From Auanema rhodensis (lineage: Eukaryota; Animalia; Nematoda): a DNA stretch of 64,000 nucleotides. This document shows, piece after piece, positions 24,738-39,732 of the stretch. Position 1 is the stretch's first letter, and each line of letters opens with the position of its first letter. Both the position numbers and the translations under genes were made by a program. The stretch lies in assembly GCA_964057225.1 (NCBI GenBank), contig OZ059899.1:10168001-10232000 (forward strand), in the 5' to 3' direction. Under the pieces are notes generated by a model. It was not told where the DNA came from, did not search any database, and saw only the letters and a list, made by a program, of their open reading frames with translations.

Positions 24738-27700
24738 TAAATTTTTTTCATTTGACTTGTCATTTGCAAAAATCAAATTTATCTTCTTCAACGATTATTT
24801 TTGCAATGTGTCATAAAAATTTCACAGTTGAACAAAACGTTTTTTAAGAATTTTTTTTGTTGTCAACATATATATTTTCCTGGAATTCGAAAACATTTGG
24901 GATGGAAATTAGAAAGAAAAGAACTAGTTTTTCCTATTTTAAAACAAACAAAAAAAAATAAAATGAAAAAGATTGTTAGATATCCAATTTAAACTTATAC
25001 ATTTACTTCGATAAAGAGCCTATTAGTTTGAAATTTTATGTCTTACAGTTCTCCAACAGAACAGACTGATCCTGATTTCTCTATGATTACATAAAACTCT
25101 CGTTTGATATAAAAAAAGAAGAGGAATAACGTTTCCAGGATGTCAATGATATCGAATCTAGTGATATTGTAAAAAAATGTAATGTCAGCTCCATAGGTTT
25201 TCTCTTAATTTCTCTCATCACAATTGTCTTAGTTTTTTTTCTCATAAGAGTTTCTGAAATCTTAGGTGAACAAGGCCGTATATATTTTTTTCTGGAATTC
25301 GAAAGCATTTGGGATGGAAATTAGAAAGAAAAGAACTAGTTTTTCCTACTTTAAAACAAACAATAAGAAATAAAATAAAAAAGATTGTTAGATATCCAAT
25401 TTAAACTTATACATTTACTTCGATAAAGAGCCTATTAGTTTGAAATTTTATGTCTTACAGTTCTCCAACAGAACAGACTGATCCTGATTTCTCTATGATT
25501 ATATAAAACTCTCGTTTGATATAAAAAAAGAAGAGGAATAACGTTTCCAGGATGTCAATGATATCGAATCTAGTGATATTGTAGAAAAATGTAATGTCAG
25601 CTCCATAGGTTTTCTCTTAATTTCTCTCATCACAATTGTCTTAGTTTTTTTTCTCATAAGAGTTTCTGAAATCTTAGGTGAACAAGGCCGTATATATTTT
25701 TTTCTGGAATTCGAAAGCATTTGGGATGGAAATTAGAAAGAAAAGAACTAGTTTTTCCTACTTTAAAACAAACAATAAGAAATAAAATAAAAAAGATTGT
25801 TAGATATCCAATTTAAACTTATACATTTACTTCGATAAAGAGCCTATTAGTTTGAAATTTTATGTCTTACAGTTCTCCAACAGAACAGACTGATCCTGAT
25901 TTCTCTATGATTATATAAAACTCTCGTTTGATATAAAAAAAGAAGAGGAATAACGTTTCCAGGATGTCAATGATATCGAATCTAGTGATATTGTAGAAAA
26001 ATGTAATGTCAGCTCCATAGGTTTTCTCTTAATTTCTCTCATCACAATTGTCTTAGTTTTTTTCTCATAAGAGTTTCTGAAATCTTAGGTGAACAAGGCC
26101 GTATATATTTTTTTCTGGAATTCGAAAGCATTTGGGATGGAAATTAGAAAGAAAAGAACTAGTTTTTCCTATTTTAAAACAAACAAAAAAAAATAAAATG
26201 AAAAAGTTTGTTAGATATCCAATTTAAACTTATACATTTACTTCGATAAAGAGCCTATTAGTTTGAAATTTTATGTCTTACAGTTCTCCAACAGAACAGA
26301 CTGATCCTGATTTCTCTATGATTATATAAAACTCTCGTTTGATATAAAAAAAGAAGAGGAATAACGTTTCCAGGATGTCAATGATATCGAATCTAGTGAT
26401 ATTGTAGAAAAATGTAATGTCAGCTCCATAGGTTTTCTCTTAATTTTTCTCATCACAATTGTCTTAGTTTTTTTTCTCATAAGAGTTTCTGAAATCTTAG
26501 GTGAACAAGGCCGTATATATTTTTTTCTGGAATTCGAAAGCATTTGGGATGGAAATTAGAAAGAAAAGAACTAGTTTTTCCTACTTTAAAACAAACAATA
26601 AGAAATAAAATAAAAAAGATTGTTAGATATCCAATTTAAACTTATACATTTACTTCGATAAAGAGCCTATTAGTTTGAAATTTTATGTCTTACAGTTCTC
26701 CAACAGAACAGACTGATCCTGATTTCTCTATGATTATATAAAACTCTCGTTTGATATAAAAAAAGAAGAGGAATAACGTTTCCAGGATGTCAATGATATC
26801 GAATCTAGTGATATTGTAGAAAAATGTAATGTCAGCTCCATAGGTTTTCTCTTAATTTCTCTCATCACAATTGTCTTAGTTTTTTTCTCATAAGAGTTTC
26901 TGAAATCTTAGGTGAACAAGGCCGTATATATTTTTTTCTGGAATTCGAAAGCATTTGGGATGGAAATTAGAAAGAAAAGAACTAGTTTTTCCTATTTTAA
27001 AACAAACAAAAAAAAATAAAATGAAAAAGTTTGTTAGATATCCAATTTAAACTTATACATTTACTTCGATAAAGAGCCTATTAGTTTGAAATTTTATGTC
27101 TTACAGTTCTCCAACAGAACAGACTGATCCTGATTTCTCTATGATTACATAAAACTCTCGTTTGATATAAAAAAAGAAGAGGAATAACGTTTCCAGGATG
27201 TCAATGATATCGAATCTAGTGATATTGTAGAAAAATGTAATGTCAGCTCCATAGGTTTTCTCTTAATTTCTCTCATCACAATTGTCTTAGTTTTTTTTCT
27301 CATTAGAGATTCTGAAATCTTAGGTGAACAAGGCCGTATATGTTTTTTTCTGGAATTCGAAAGCATTTGGGATGGACATTAGAAGGAAAAGAACTAGTTT
27401 TTCCTACTTTAAAACAAACAAAAAAAAATGAAATGAAAAAGATTGTTAGATATCCAATTTAAACTTATACATTTACTTCGATAAAGAGCCTATTAGTTTG
27501 AAATTTTATGTCTTACAGTTCTCCAACAGAACAGACTGATCCTGATTTCTCTATGATTACATAAAACTCTCGTTTGATATAAAAAAAGAAGAGGAATAAC
27601 GTTTCCAGGATGTCAATGATATCGAATCTAGTGATATTGTAGAAAAATGTAATGTCAGCTCCATAGTTTTTCTCTAAATTTCTCTCATCACAATAGTCTT

Positions 27701-27740
27701 ATTTTTTTTCATAAGAGTTTCTGAAATCTTAGTTGAACAA

Positions 27741-27813
27741 GGCCGCGTGGCGCAATGGATAACGCGTCTGCCTACGGAGCAGAAGATTGTAGGTTCGAAT
27801 CCTGCCGTGGTCG
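27741..27813 (+). tRNA. tRNA-Arg(ACG)
   Basis: Same 73-nt sequence. Confidence 0.97.
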
Positions 27814-30800
27814 TAAATTTTTTTCATTTGACTTGTCATTTGCAAAAATCAAATTTATCTTCTTCAACGATTATTTTTGCAATGTGTCATAAAAATTTCA
27901 CAGTTGAACAAAACGTTTTTTAAGAATTTTTTTTGTTGTCAACATATATATTTTCCTGGAATTCGAAAACATTTGGGATGGAAATTAGAAAGAAAAGAAC
28001 TAGTTTTTCCTATTTTAAAACAAACAAAAAAAAATAAAATGAAAAAGATTGTTAGATATCCAATTTAAACTTATACATTTACTTCGATAAAGAGCCTATT
28101 AGTTTGAAATTTTATGTCTTACAGTTCTCCAACAGAACAGACTGATCCTGATTTCTCTATGATTACATAAAACTCTCGTTTGATATAAAAAAAGAAGAGG
28201 AATAACGTTTCCAGGATGTCAATGATATCGAATCTAGTGATATTGTAAAAAAATGTAATGTCAGCTCCATAGGTTTTCTCTTAATTTCTCTCATCACAAT
28301 TGTCTTAGTTTTTTTTCTCATAAGAGTTTCTGAAATCTTAGGTGAACAAGGCCGTATATATTTTTTTCTGGAATTCGAAAGCATTTGGGATGGAAATTAG
28401 AAAGAAAAGAACTAGTTTTTCCTACTTTAAAACAAACAATAAGAAATAAAATAAAAAAGATTGTTAGATATCCAATTTAAACTTATACATTTACTTCGAT
28501 AAAGAGCCTATTAGTTTGAAATTTTATGTCTTACAGTTCTCCAACAGAACAGACTGATCCTGATTTCTCTATGATTATATAAAACTCTCGTTTGATATAA
28601 AAAAAGAAGAGGAATAACGTTTCCAGGATGTCAATGATATCGAATCTAGTGATATTGTAGAAAAATGTAATGTCAGCTCCATAGGTTTTCTCTTAATTTC
28701 TCTCATCACAATTGTCTTAGTTTTTTTTCTCATAAGAGTTTCTGAAATCTTAGGTGAACAAGGCCGTATATATTTTTTTCTGGAATTCGAAAGCATTTGG
28801 GATGGAAATTAGAAAGAAAAGAACTAGTTTTTCCTACTTTAAAACAAACAATAAGAAATAAAATAAAAAAGATTGTTAGATATCCAATTTAAACTTATAC
28901 ATTTACTTCGATAAAGAGCCTATTAGTTTGAAATTTTATGTCTTACAGTTCTCCAACAGAACAGACTGATCCTGATTTCTCTATGATTATATAAAACTCT
29001 CGTTTGATATAAAAAAAGAAGAGGAATAACGTTTCCAGGATGTCAATGATATCGAATCTAGTGATATTGTAGAAAAATGTAATGTCAGCTCCATAGGTTT
29101 TCTCTTAATTTCTCTCATCACAATTGTCTTAGTTTTTTTCTCATAAGAGTTTCTGAAATCTTAGGTGAACAAGGCCGTATATATTTTTTTCTGGAATTCG
29201 AAAGCATTTGGGATGGAAATTAGAAAGAAAAGAACTAGTTTTTCCTATTTTAAAACAAACAAAAAAAAATAAAATGAAAAAGTTTGTTAGATATCCAATT
29301 TAAACTTATACATTTACTTCGATAAAGAGCCTATTAGTTTGAAATTTTATGTCTTACAGTTCTCCAACAGAACAGACTGATCCTGATTTCTCTATGATTA
29401 CATAAAACTCTCGTTTGATATAAAAAAAGAAGAGGAATAACGTTTCCAGGATGTCAATGATATCGAATCTAGTGATATTGTAGAAAAATGTAATGTCAGC
29501 TCCATAGGTTTTCTCTTAATTTCTCTCATCACAATTGTCTTAGTTTTTTTTCTCATTAGAGATTCTGAAATCTTAGGTGAACAAGGCCGTATATGTTTTT
29601 TTCTGGAATTCGAAAGCATTTGGGATGGACATTAGAAGGAAAAGAACTAGTTTTTCCTACTTTAAAACAAACAAAAAAAAAATGAAATGAAAAAGATTGT
29701 TAGATATCCAATTTAAACTTATACATTTACTTCGATAAAGAGCCTATTAGTTTGAAATTTTATGTCTTACAGTTCTCCAACAGAACAGACTGATCCTGAT
29801 TTCTCTATGATTACATAAAACTCTCGTTTGATATAAAAAAAGAAGAGGAATAACGTTTCCAGGATGTCAATGATATCGAATCTAGTGATATTGTAAAAAA
29901 ATGTAATGTCAGCTCCATAGGTTTTCTCTTAACTTCTCTCATCACAATTGTCTTAGTTTTTTTTCTTATAAGAGTTTCTGAAATTTTAGGTGAACAAGGC
30001 CGTATATATTTTTTTCTGGAATTCGAAAGCATTTGGGATGGAAATTAGAAAGAAAAGAACTAGTTTTTCCTATTTTAAAACAAACAAAAAAAAATAAAAT
30101 GAAAAAGATTGTTAGATATCCAATTTAAACTTATACATTTACTTCGATAAAGAGCCTATTAGTTTGAAATTTTATGTCTTACAGTTCTCCAACAGAACAG
30201 ACTGATCCTGATTTCTCTATGATTACATAAAACTCTCGTTTGATATAAAAAAAGAAGAGGAATAACGTTTCCAGGATGTCAATGATATCGAATCTAGTGA
30301 TATTGTAAAAAAATGTAATGTCAGCTCCATAGGTTTTCTCTTAATTTCTCTCATCACAATTGTCTTAGTTTTTTTTCTTATAAGAGTTTCGGAAATTTTA
30401 GGTGAACAAGGCCGTATATATTTTTTTCTGGAATTCGAAAGCATTTGGGATGGAAATTAGAAAGAAAAGAACTAGTTTTTCCTACTTTAAAACAAACAAT
30501 AAGAAATAAAATAAAAAAGATTGTTAGATATCCAATTTAAACTTATACATTTACTTCGATAAAGAGCCTATTAGTTTGAAATTTTATGTCTTACAGTTCT
30601 CCAACAGAACAGACTGATCCTGATTTCTCTATGATTATATAAAACTCTCGTTTGATATAAAAAAAGAAGAGGAATAACGTTTCCAGGATGTCAATGATAT
30701 CGAATCTAGTGATATTGTAGAAAAATGTAATGTCAGCTCCATAGGTTTTCTCTTAATTTCTCTCATCACAATTGTCTTAGTTTTTTTCTCATAAGAGTTT

Positions 30801-32878
30801 CTGAAATCTTAGGTGAACAAGGCCGTATATATTTTTTTCTGGAATTCGAAAGCATTTGGGATGGAAATTAGAAAGAAAAGAACTAGTTTTTCCTATTTTA
30901 AAACAAACAAAAAAAAATAAAATGAAAAAGTTTGTTAGATATCCAATTTAAACTTATACATTTACTTCGATAAAGAGCCTATTAGTTTGAAATTTTATGT
31001 CTTACAGTTCTCCAACAGAACAGACTGATCCTGATTTCTCTATGATTACATAAAACTCTCGTTTGATATAAAAAAAGAAGAGGAATAACGTTTCCAGGAT
31101 GTCAATGATATCGAATCTAGTGATATTGTAGAAAAATGTAATGTCAGCTCCATAGGTTTTCTCTTAATTTCTCTCATCACAATTGTCTTAGTTTTTTTTC
31201 TCATTAGAGATTCTGAAATCTTAGGTGAACAAGGCCGTATATGTTTTTTTCTGGAATTCGAAAGCATTTGGGATGGACATTAGAAGGAAAAGAACTAGTT
31301 TTTCCTACTTTAAAACAAACAAAAAAAAATGAAATGAAAAAGATTGTTAGATATCCAATTTAAACTTATACATTTACTTCGATAAAGAGCCTATTAGTTT
31401 GAAATTTTATGTCTTACAGTTCTCCAACAGAACAGACTGATCCTGATTTCTCTATGATTACATAAAACTCTCGTTTGATATAAAAAAAGAAGAGGAATAA
31501 CGTTTCCAGGATGTCAATGATATCGAATCTAGTGATATTGTAAAAAAATGTAATGTCAGCTCCATAGGTTTTCTCCTAATTTCTCTCATCACAATTGTCT
31601 TAGTTTTTTTTCTTATAAGAGTTTCTGAAATTTTAGGTGAACAAGGCCGTATATATTTTTTTCTGGAATTCGAAAGCATTTGGGATGGAAATTAGAAAGA
31701 AAAGAACTAGTTTTTCCTATTTTAAAACAAACAAAAAAAAATAAAATGAAAAAGATTGTTAGATATCCAATTTAAACTTATACATTTACTTCGATAAAGA
31801 GCCTATTAGTTTGAAATTTTATGTCTTACAGTTCTCCAACAGAACAGACTGATCCTGATTTCTCTATGATTACATAAAACTCTCGTTTGATATAAAAAAA
31901 GAAGAGGAATAACGTTTCCAGGATGTCAATGATATCGAATCTAGTGATATTGTAAAAAAATGTAATGTCAGCTCCATAGGTTTTCTCTTAATTTCTCTCA
32001 TCACAATTGTCTTAGTTTTTTTTTCTTATAAGAGTTTCTGAAATTTTAGGTGAACAAGGCCGTATATATTTTTTTCTGGAATTCGAAAGCATTTGGGATG
32101 GAAATTAGAAAGAAAAGAACTAGTTTTTCCTACTTTAAAACAAACAAAAAAAAATAAAATGAAAAAGATTGTTAGATATCCAATTTAAACTTATACATTT
32201 ACTTCGATAAAGAGCCTATTAGTTTGAAATTTTATGTCTTACAGTTCTCCAACAGAACAGACTGATCCTGATTTCTCTATGATTATATAAAACTCTCGTT
32301 TGATATAAAAAAAGAAGAGGAATAACGTTTCCAGGATGTCAATGATATCGAATCTAGTGATATTGTAGAAAAATGTAATGTCAGCTCCATAGGTTTTCTC
32401 TTAATTTCTCTCATCACAATTGTCTTAGTTTTTTTTCTCATAAGAGTTTCTGAAATCTTAGGTGAACAAGGCCGTATATATTTTTTTCTGGAATTCGAAA
32501 ACATTTGGGATGGAAATTAGAAAGAAAAGAACTAGTTTTTCCTACTTTAAAACAAACAATAAGAAATAAAATAAAAAAGATTGTTAGATATCCAATTTAA
32601 ACTTATACATTTACTTCGATAAAGAGCCTATTAGTTTGAAATTTTATGTCTTACAGTTCTCCAACAGAACAGACTGATCCTGATCTCTCTATGATTACAT
32701 AAAACTCTCGTTTGATATACAAAAAGGAGAGGAATAACGTTTCCAGGATATCAATGATATCGAATCTAGTGATATTGTAGAAAAATGTAATGTCAGCTCC
32801 ATAGTTTTTCTCTAAATTTCTCTCATCACAATAGTCTTATTTTTTTTCATAAGAGTTTCTGAAATCTTAGTTGAACAA

Positions 32879-32951
32879 GGCCGCGTGGCGCAATGGATAA
32901 CGCGTCTGCCTACGGAGCAGAAGATTGTAGGTTCGAATCCTGCCGTGGTCG
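32879..32951 (+). tRNA. tRNA-Arg(ACG)
   Basis: Same 73-nt sequence. Confidence 0.97.
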
Positions 32952-33300
32952 TAAATTTTTTTCATTTGACTTGTCATTTGCAAAAATCAAATTTATCTTC
33001 TTCGACGATTATTTTTGCAATGTGTCATAAAAATTTCACAGTTGAACAAAACGTTTTTTAAGAATTTTTTTTGTTGTCAACATATATATTTTCCTGGAAT
33101 TCGAAAACATTTGGGATGGAAATTAGAAAGAAAAGAACTAGTTTTTCCTATTTTAAAACAAACAAAAAAAAATAAAATGAAAAAGATTGTTAGATATCCA
33201 ATTTAAACTTATACATTTACTTCGATAAAGAGCCTATTAGTTTGAAATTTTATGTCTTACAGTTCTCCAACAGAACAGACTGATCCTGATTTCTCTATGA

Positions 33301-36300
33301 TTACATAAAACTCTCGTTTGATATAAAAAAAGAAGAGGAATAACGTTTCCAGGATGTCAATGATATCGAATCTAGTGATATTGTAAAAAAATGTAATGTC
33401 AGCTCCATAGGTTTTCTCTTAATTTCTCTCATCACAATTGTCTTAGTTTTTTTTCTCATAAGAGTTTCTGAAATCTTAGGTGAACAAGGCCGTATATATT
33501 TTTTTCTGGAATTCGAAAGCATTTGGGATGGAAATTAGAAAGAAAAGAACTAGTTTTTCCTACTTTAAAACAAACAATAAAAAATAAAATAAAAAAGATT
33601 GTTAGATATCCAATTTAAACTTATACATTTACTTCGATAAAGAGCCTATTAGTTTGAAATTTTATGTCTTACAGTTCTCCAACAGAACAGACTGATCCTG
33701 ATTTCTCTATGATTATATAAAACTCTCGTTTGATATAAAAAAAGAAGAGGAATAACGTTTCCAGGATGTCAATGATATCGAATCTAGTGATATTGTAGAA
33801 AAATGTAATGTCAGCTCCATAGGTTTTCTCTTAATTTCTCTCATCACAATTGTCTTAGTTTTTTTTCTCATAAGAGTTTCTGAAATCTTAGGTGAACAAG
33901 GCCGTATATATTTTTTTCTGGAATTCGAAAGCATTTGGGATGGAAATTAGAAAGAAAAGAACTAGTTTTTCCTACTTTAAAACAAACAATAAGAAATAAA
34001 ATAAAAAAGATTGTTAGATATCCAATTTAAACTTATACATTTACTTCGATAAAGAGCCTATTAGTTTGAAATTTTATGTCTTACAGTTCTCCAACAGAAC
34101 AGACTGATCCTGATTTCTCTATGATTATATAAAACTCTCGTTTGATATAAAAAAAGAAGAGGAATAACGTTTCCAGGATGTCAATGATATCGAATCTAGT
34201 GATATTGTAGAAAAATGTAATGTCAGCTCCATAGGTTTTCTCTTAATTTCTCTCATCACAATTGTCTTAGTTTTTTTCTCATAAGAGTTTCTGAAATCTT
34301 AGGTGAACAAGGCCGTATATATTTTTTTCTGGAATTCGAAAGCATTTGGGATGGAAATTAGAAAGAAAAGAACTAGTTTTTCCTATTTTAAAACAAACAA
34401 AAAAAATAAAATGAAAAAGTTTGTTAGATATCCAATTTAAACTTATACATTTACTTCGATAAAGAGCCTATTAGTTTGAAATTTTATGTCTTACAGTTCT
34501 CCAACAGAACAGACTGATCCTGATTTCTCTATGATTACATAAAACTCTCGTTTGATATAAAAAAAGAAGAGGAATAACGTTTCCAGGATGTCAATGATAT
34601 CGAATCTAGTGATATTGTAGAAAAATGTAATGTCAGCTCCATAGGTTTTCTCTTAATTTCTCTCATCACAATTGTCTTAGTTTTTTTTCTCATTAGAGAT
34701 TCTGAAATCTTAGTTGAACAAGGCCGTATATGTTTTTTTCTGGAATTCGAAAGCATTTGGGATGGACATTAGAAGGAAAAGAACTAGTTTTTCCTACTTT
34801 AAAACAAACAAAAAAAAATGAAATGAAAAAGATTGTTAGATATCCAATTTAAACTTATACATTTACTTCGATAAAGAGCCTATTAGTTTGAAATTTTATG
34901 TCTTACAGTTCTCCAACAGAACAGACTGATCCTGATTTCTCTATGATTACATAAAACTCTCGTTTGATATAAAAAAAGAAGAGGAATAACGTTTCCAGGA
35001 TGTCAATGATATCGAATCTAGTGATATTGTAAAAAAATGTAATGTCAGCTCCATAGGTTTTCTCTTAATTTCTCTCATCACAATTGTCTTAGTTTTTTTT
35101 CTTATAAGAGTTTCTGAAATTTTAGGTGAACAAGGCCGTATATATTTTTTTCTGGAATTCGAAAGCATTTGGGATGGAAATTAGAAAGAAAAGAACTAGT
35201 TTTTCCTATTTTAAAACAAACAAAAAAAAATAAAATGAAAAAGTTTGTTAGATATCCAATTTAAACTTATACATTTACTTCGATAAAGAGCCTATTAGTT
35301 TGAAATTTTATGTCTTACAGTTCTCCAACAGAACAGACTGATCCTGATTTCTCTATGATTACATAAAACTCTCGTTTGATATAAAAAAAGAAGAGGAATA
35401 ACGTTTCCAGGATGTCAATGATATCGAATCTAGTGATATTGTAGAAAAATGTAATGTCAGCTCCATAGGTTTTCTCTTAATTTCTCTCATCACAATTGTC
35501 TTAGTTTTTTTCTCATAAGAGTTTCTGAAATCTTAGGTGAACAAGGCCGTATATATTTTTTTCTGGAATTCGAAAGCATTTGGGATGGAAATTAGAAAGA
35601 AAAGAACTAGTTTTTCCTATTTTAAAACAAACAAAAAAAAATAAAATGAAAAAGATTGTTAGATATCCAATTTAAACTTATACATTTACTTCGATAAAGA
35701 GCCTATTAGTTTGAAATTTTATGTCTTACAGTTCTCCAACAGAACAGACTGATCCTGATTTCTCTATGATTACATAAAACTCTCGTTTGATATAAAAAAA
35801 GAAGAGGAATAACGTTTCCAGGATGTCAATGATATCGAATCTAGTGATATTGTAAAAAAATGTAATGTCAGCTCCATAGGTTTTCTCTTAATTTCTCTCA
35901 TCACAATTGTCTTAGTTTTTTTTCTCATAAGAGTTTCTGAAATCTTAGGTGAACAAGGCCGTATATATTTTTTTCTGGAATTCGAAAGCATTTGGGATGG
36001 AAATTAGAAAGAAAAGAACTAGTTTTTCCTACTTTAAAACAAACAATAAAAAATAAAATAAAAAAGATTGTTAGATATCCAATTTAAACTTATACATTTA
36101 CTTCGATAAAGAGCCTATTAGTTTGAAATTTTATGTCTTACAGTTCTCCAACAGAACAGACTGATCCTGATTTCTCTATGATTATATAAAACTCTCGTTT
36201 GATATAAAAAAAGAAGAGGAATAACGTTTCCAGGATGTCAATGATATCGAATCTAGTGATATTGTAGAAAAATGTAATGTCAGCTCCATAGGTTTTCTCT

Positions 36301-37828
36301 TAATTTCTCTCATCACAATTGTCTTAGTTTTTTTTCTCATAAGAGTTTCTGAAATCTTAGGTGAACAAGGCCGTATATATTTTTTTCTGGAATTCGAAAG
36401 CATTTGGGATGGAAATTAGAAAGAAAAGAACTAGTTTTTCCTACTTTAAAACAAACAATAAGAAATAAAATAAAAAAGATTGTTAGATATCCAATTTAAA
36501 CTTATACATTTACTTCGATAAAGAGCCTATTAGTTTGAAATTTTATGTCTTACAGTTCTCCAACAGAACAGACTGATCCTGATTTCTCTATGATTATATA
36601 AAACTCTCGTTTGATATAAAAAAAGAAGAGGAATAACGTTTCCAGGATGTCAATGATATCGAATCTAGTGATATTGTAGAAAAATGTAATGTCAGCTCCA
36701 TAGGTTTTCTCTTAATTTCTCTCATCACAATTGTCTTAGTTTTTTTCTCATAAGAGTTTCTGAAATCTTAGGTGAACAAGGCCGTATATATTTTTTTCTG
36801 GAATTCGAAAGCATTTGGGATGGAAATTAGAAAGAAAAGAACTAGTTTTTCCTATTTTAAAACAAACAAAAAAAAATAAAATGAAAAAGTTTGTTAGATA
36901 TCCAATTTAAACTTATACATTTACTTCGATAAAGAGCCTATTAGTTTGAAATTTTATGTCTTACAGTTCTCCAACAGAACAGACTGATCCTGATTTCTCT
37001 ATGATTACATAAAACTCTCGTTTGATATAAAAAAAGAAGAGGAATAACGTTTCCAGGATGTCAATGATATCGAATCTAGTGATATTGTAGAAAAATGTAA
37101 TGTCAGCTCCATAGGTTTTCTCTTAATTTCTCTCATCACAATTGTCTTAGTTTTTTTTCTCATTAGAGATTCTGAAATCTTAGTTGAACAAGGCCGTATA
37201 TGTTTTTTTCTGGAATTCGAAAGCATTTGGGATGGACATTAGAAGGAAAAGAACTAGTTTTTCCTACTTTAAAACAAACAAAAAAAAATGAAATGAAAAA
37301 GATTGTTAGATATCCAATTTAAACTTATACATTTACTTCGATAAAGAGCCTATTAGTTTGAAATTTTATGTCTTACAGTTCTCCAACAGAACAGACTGAT
37401 CCTGATTTCTCTATGATTACATAAAACTCTCGTTTGATATAAAAAAAGAAGAGGAATAACGTTTCCAGGATGTCAATGATATCGAATCTAGTGATATTGT
37501 AAAAAAATGTAATGTCAGCTCCATAGGTTTTCTCTTAATTTCTCTCATCACAATTGTCTTAGTTTTTTTTCTTATAAGAGTTTCTGAAATTTTAGGTGAA
37601 CAAGGCCGTATATATTTTTTTCTGGAATTCGAAAGCATTTGGGATGGAAATTAGAAAGAAAAGAACTAGTTTTTCCTATTTTAAAACAAACAAAAAAAAA
37701 TAAAATGAAAAAGATTGTTAGATATCCAATTTAAACTTATACATTTACTTCGATAAAGAGCCTATTAGTTTGAAATTTTATGTCTTACAGTTCTCCAACA
37801 GAACAGACTGATCCTGATTTCTCTATGA
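33301..37828. repeat. ~2470-bp 6-monomer higher-order repeat x~2
   Basis: Variants recur at +2469/2470 (33301/35770, 33713/36182, 34535/37005, 34947/37417). Confidence 0.8.
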
Positions 37829-39659
37829 TTACATAAAACTCTCGTTTGATATAAAAAAAGAAGAGGAATAACGTTTCCAGGATGTCAATGATATCGAATC
37901 TAGTGATATTGTAAAAAAATGTAATGTCAGCTCCATAGGTTTTCTCTTAATTTCTCTCATCACAATTGTCTTAGTTTTTTTTCTTATAAGAGTTTCTGAA
38001 ATTTTAGGTGAACAAGGCCGTATATATTTTTTTCTGGAATTCGAAAGCATTTGGGATGGAAATTAGAAAGAAAAGAACTAGTTTTTCCTATTTTAAAACA
38101 AACAAAAAAAAATAAAATGAAAAAGTTTGTTAGATATCCAATTTAAACTTATACATTTACTTCGATAAAGAGCCTATTAGTTTGAAATTTTATGTCTTAC
38201 AGTTCTCCAACAGAACAGACTGATCCTGATTTCTCTATGATTACATAAAACTCTCGTTTGATATAAAAAAAGAAGAGGAATAACGTTTCCAGGATGTCAA
38301 TGATATCGAATCTAGTGATATTGTAGAAAAATGTAATGTCAGCTCCATAGGTTTTCTCTTAATTTCTCTCATCACAATTGTCTTAGTTTTTTTCTCATAA
38401 GAGTTTCTGAAATCTTAGGTGAACAAGGCCGTATATATTTTTTTCTGGAATTCGAAAGCATTTGGGATGGAAATTAGAAAGAAAAGAACTAGTTTTTCCT
38501 ATTTTAAAACAAACAAAAAAAAATAAAATGAAAAAGATTGTTAGATATCCAATTTAAACTTATACATTTACTTCGATAAAGAGCCTATTAGTTTGAAATT
38601 TTATGTCTTACAGTTCTCCAACAGAACAGACTGATCCTGATTTCTCTATGATTACATAAAACTCTCGTTTGATATAAAAAAAGAAGAGGAAAAACGTTTC
38701 CAGGATGTCAATGATATCGAATCTAGTGATATTGTAGAAAAATGTAATGTCAGCTCCATAGGTTTTCTCTTAATTTCTCTCATCACAATTGTCTTAGTTT
38801 TTTTTCTCATTAGAGTTTCTGCAATCTTAGGTGAACAAGGCGGTATATATTTTTTTCTGGAATTCGAAAGCATTTGGGCTGGATATTAGAAGGAAAAGAA
38901 CTAGTTTTTCCTACTTTAAAACAAACAATAAGAAATAAAATGAAAAAGATTGTTAGATATCCAATTAAAACTTATACATTTACTTCGATAAAGAGCCTAT
39001 TAGTTTGAAATTTTATGTCTTACAGTTCTCCAACAGAACAGACTGATCCTGATTTCTCTATGATTATATAAAACTCTCGTTTGATATGAAAAAAGAAGAG
39101 GAATAACGTTTCCAGGATGTCAATGATATCGAATCTAGTGATATTGTAGAAAAATGTAATGTCAGCTCCATAGGTTTTCTCTTAATTTCTCTCATCACAA
39201 TTGTCTTAGTTTTTTTTCTCATAAGAGTTTCTGAAATCTTAGGTGAACAAGGCCGTATATATTTTTTTCTGGAATTCGAAAACATTTGGGATGGAAATTA
39301 GAAAGAAAAGAACTAGTTTTTCCTACTTTAAAACAAACAATAAGAAATAAAATAAAAAAGATTGTTAGATATCCAATTTAAACTTATACATTTACTTCGA
39401 TAAAGAGCCTATTAGTTTGAAATTTTATGTCTTACAGTTCTCCAACAGAACAGACTGATCCTGATCTCTCTATGATTACATAAAACTCTCGTTTGATATA
39501 CAAAAAGGAGAGGAATAACGTTTCCAGGATATCAATGATATCGAATCTAGTGATATTGTAGAAAAATGTAATGTCAGCTCCATAGTTTTTCTCTAAATTT
39601 CTCTCATCACAATAGTCTTATTTTTTTTCATAAGAGTTTCTGAAATATTAGTTGAACAA

Positions 39660-39732
39660 GGCCGCGTGGCGCAATGGATAACGCGTCTGCCTACGGAGCA
39701 GAAGATTGTAGGTTCGAATCCTGCCGTGGTCG
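39660..39732 (+). tRNA. tRNA-Arg(ACG)
   Basis: Same 73-nt sequence. Confidence 0.97.

Larger units (their letters stand above)
19331..25300. repeat. 2667-bp higher-order repeat (one tRNA unit + five monomers) x2+
   Basis: tRNAs at 19331, 21998 and 24665. Diagnostic monomer variants recur at exactly +2667 (20578/23245, 20990/23657, 21402/24069). Confidence 0.9.
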
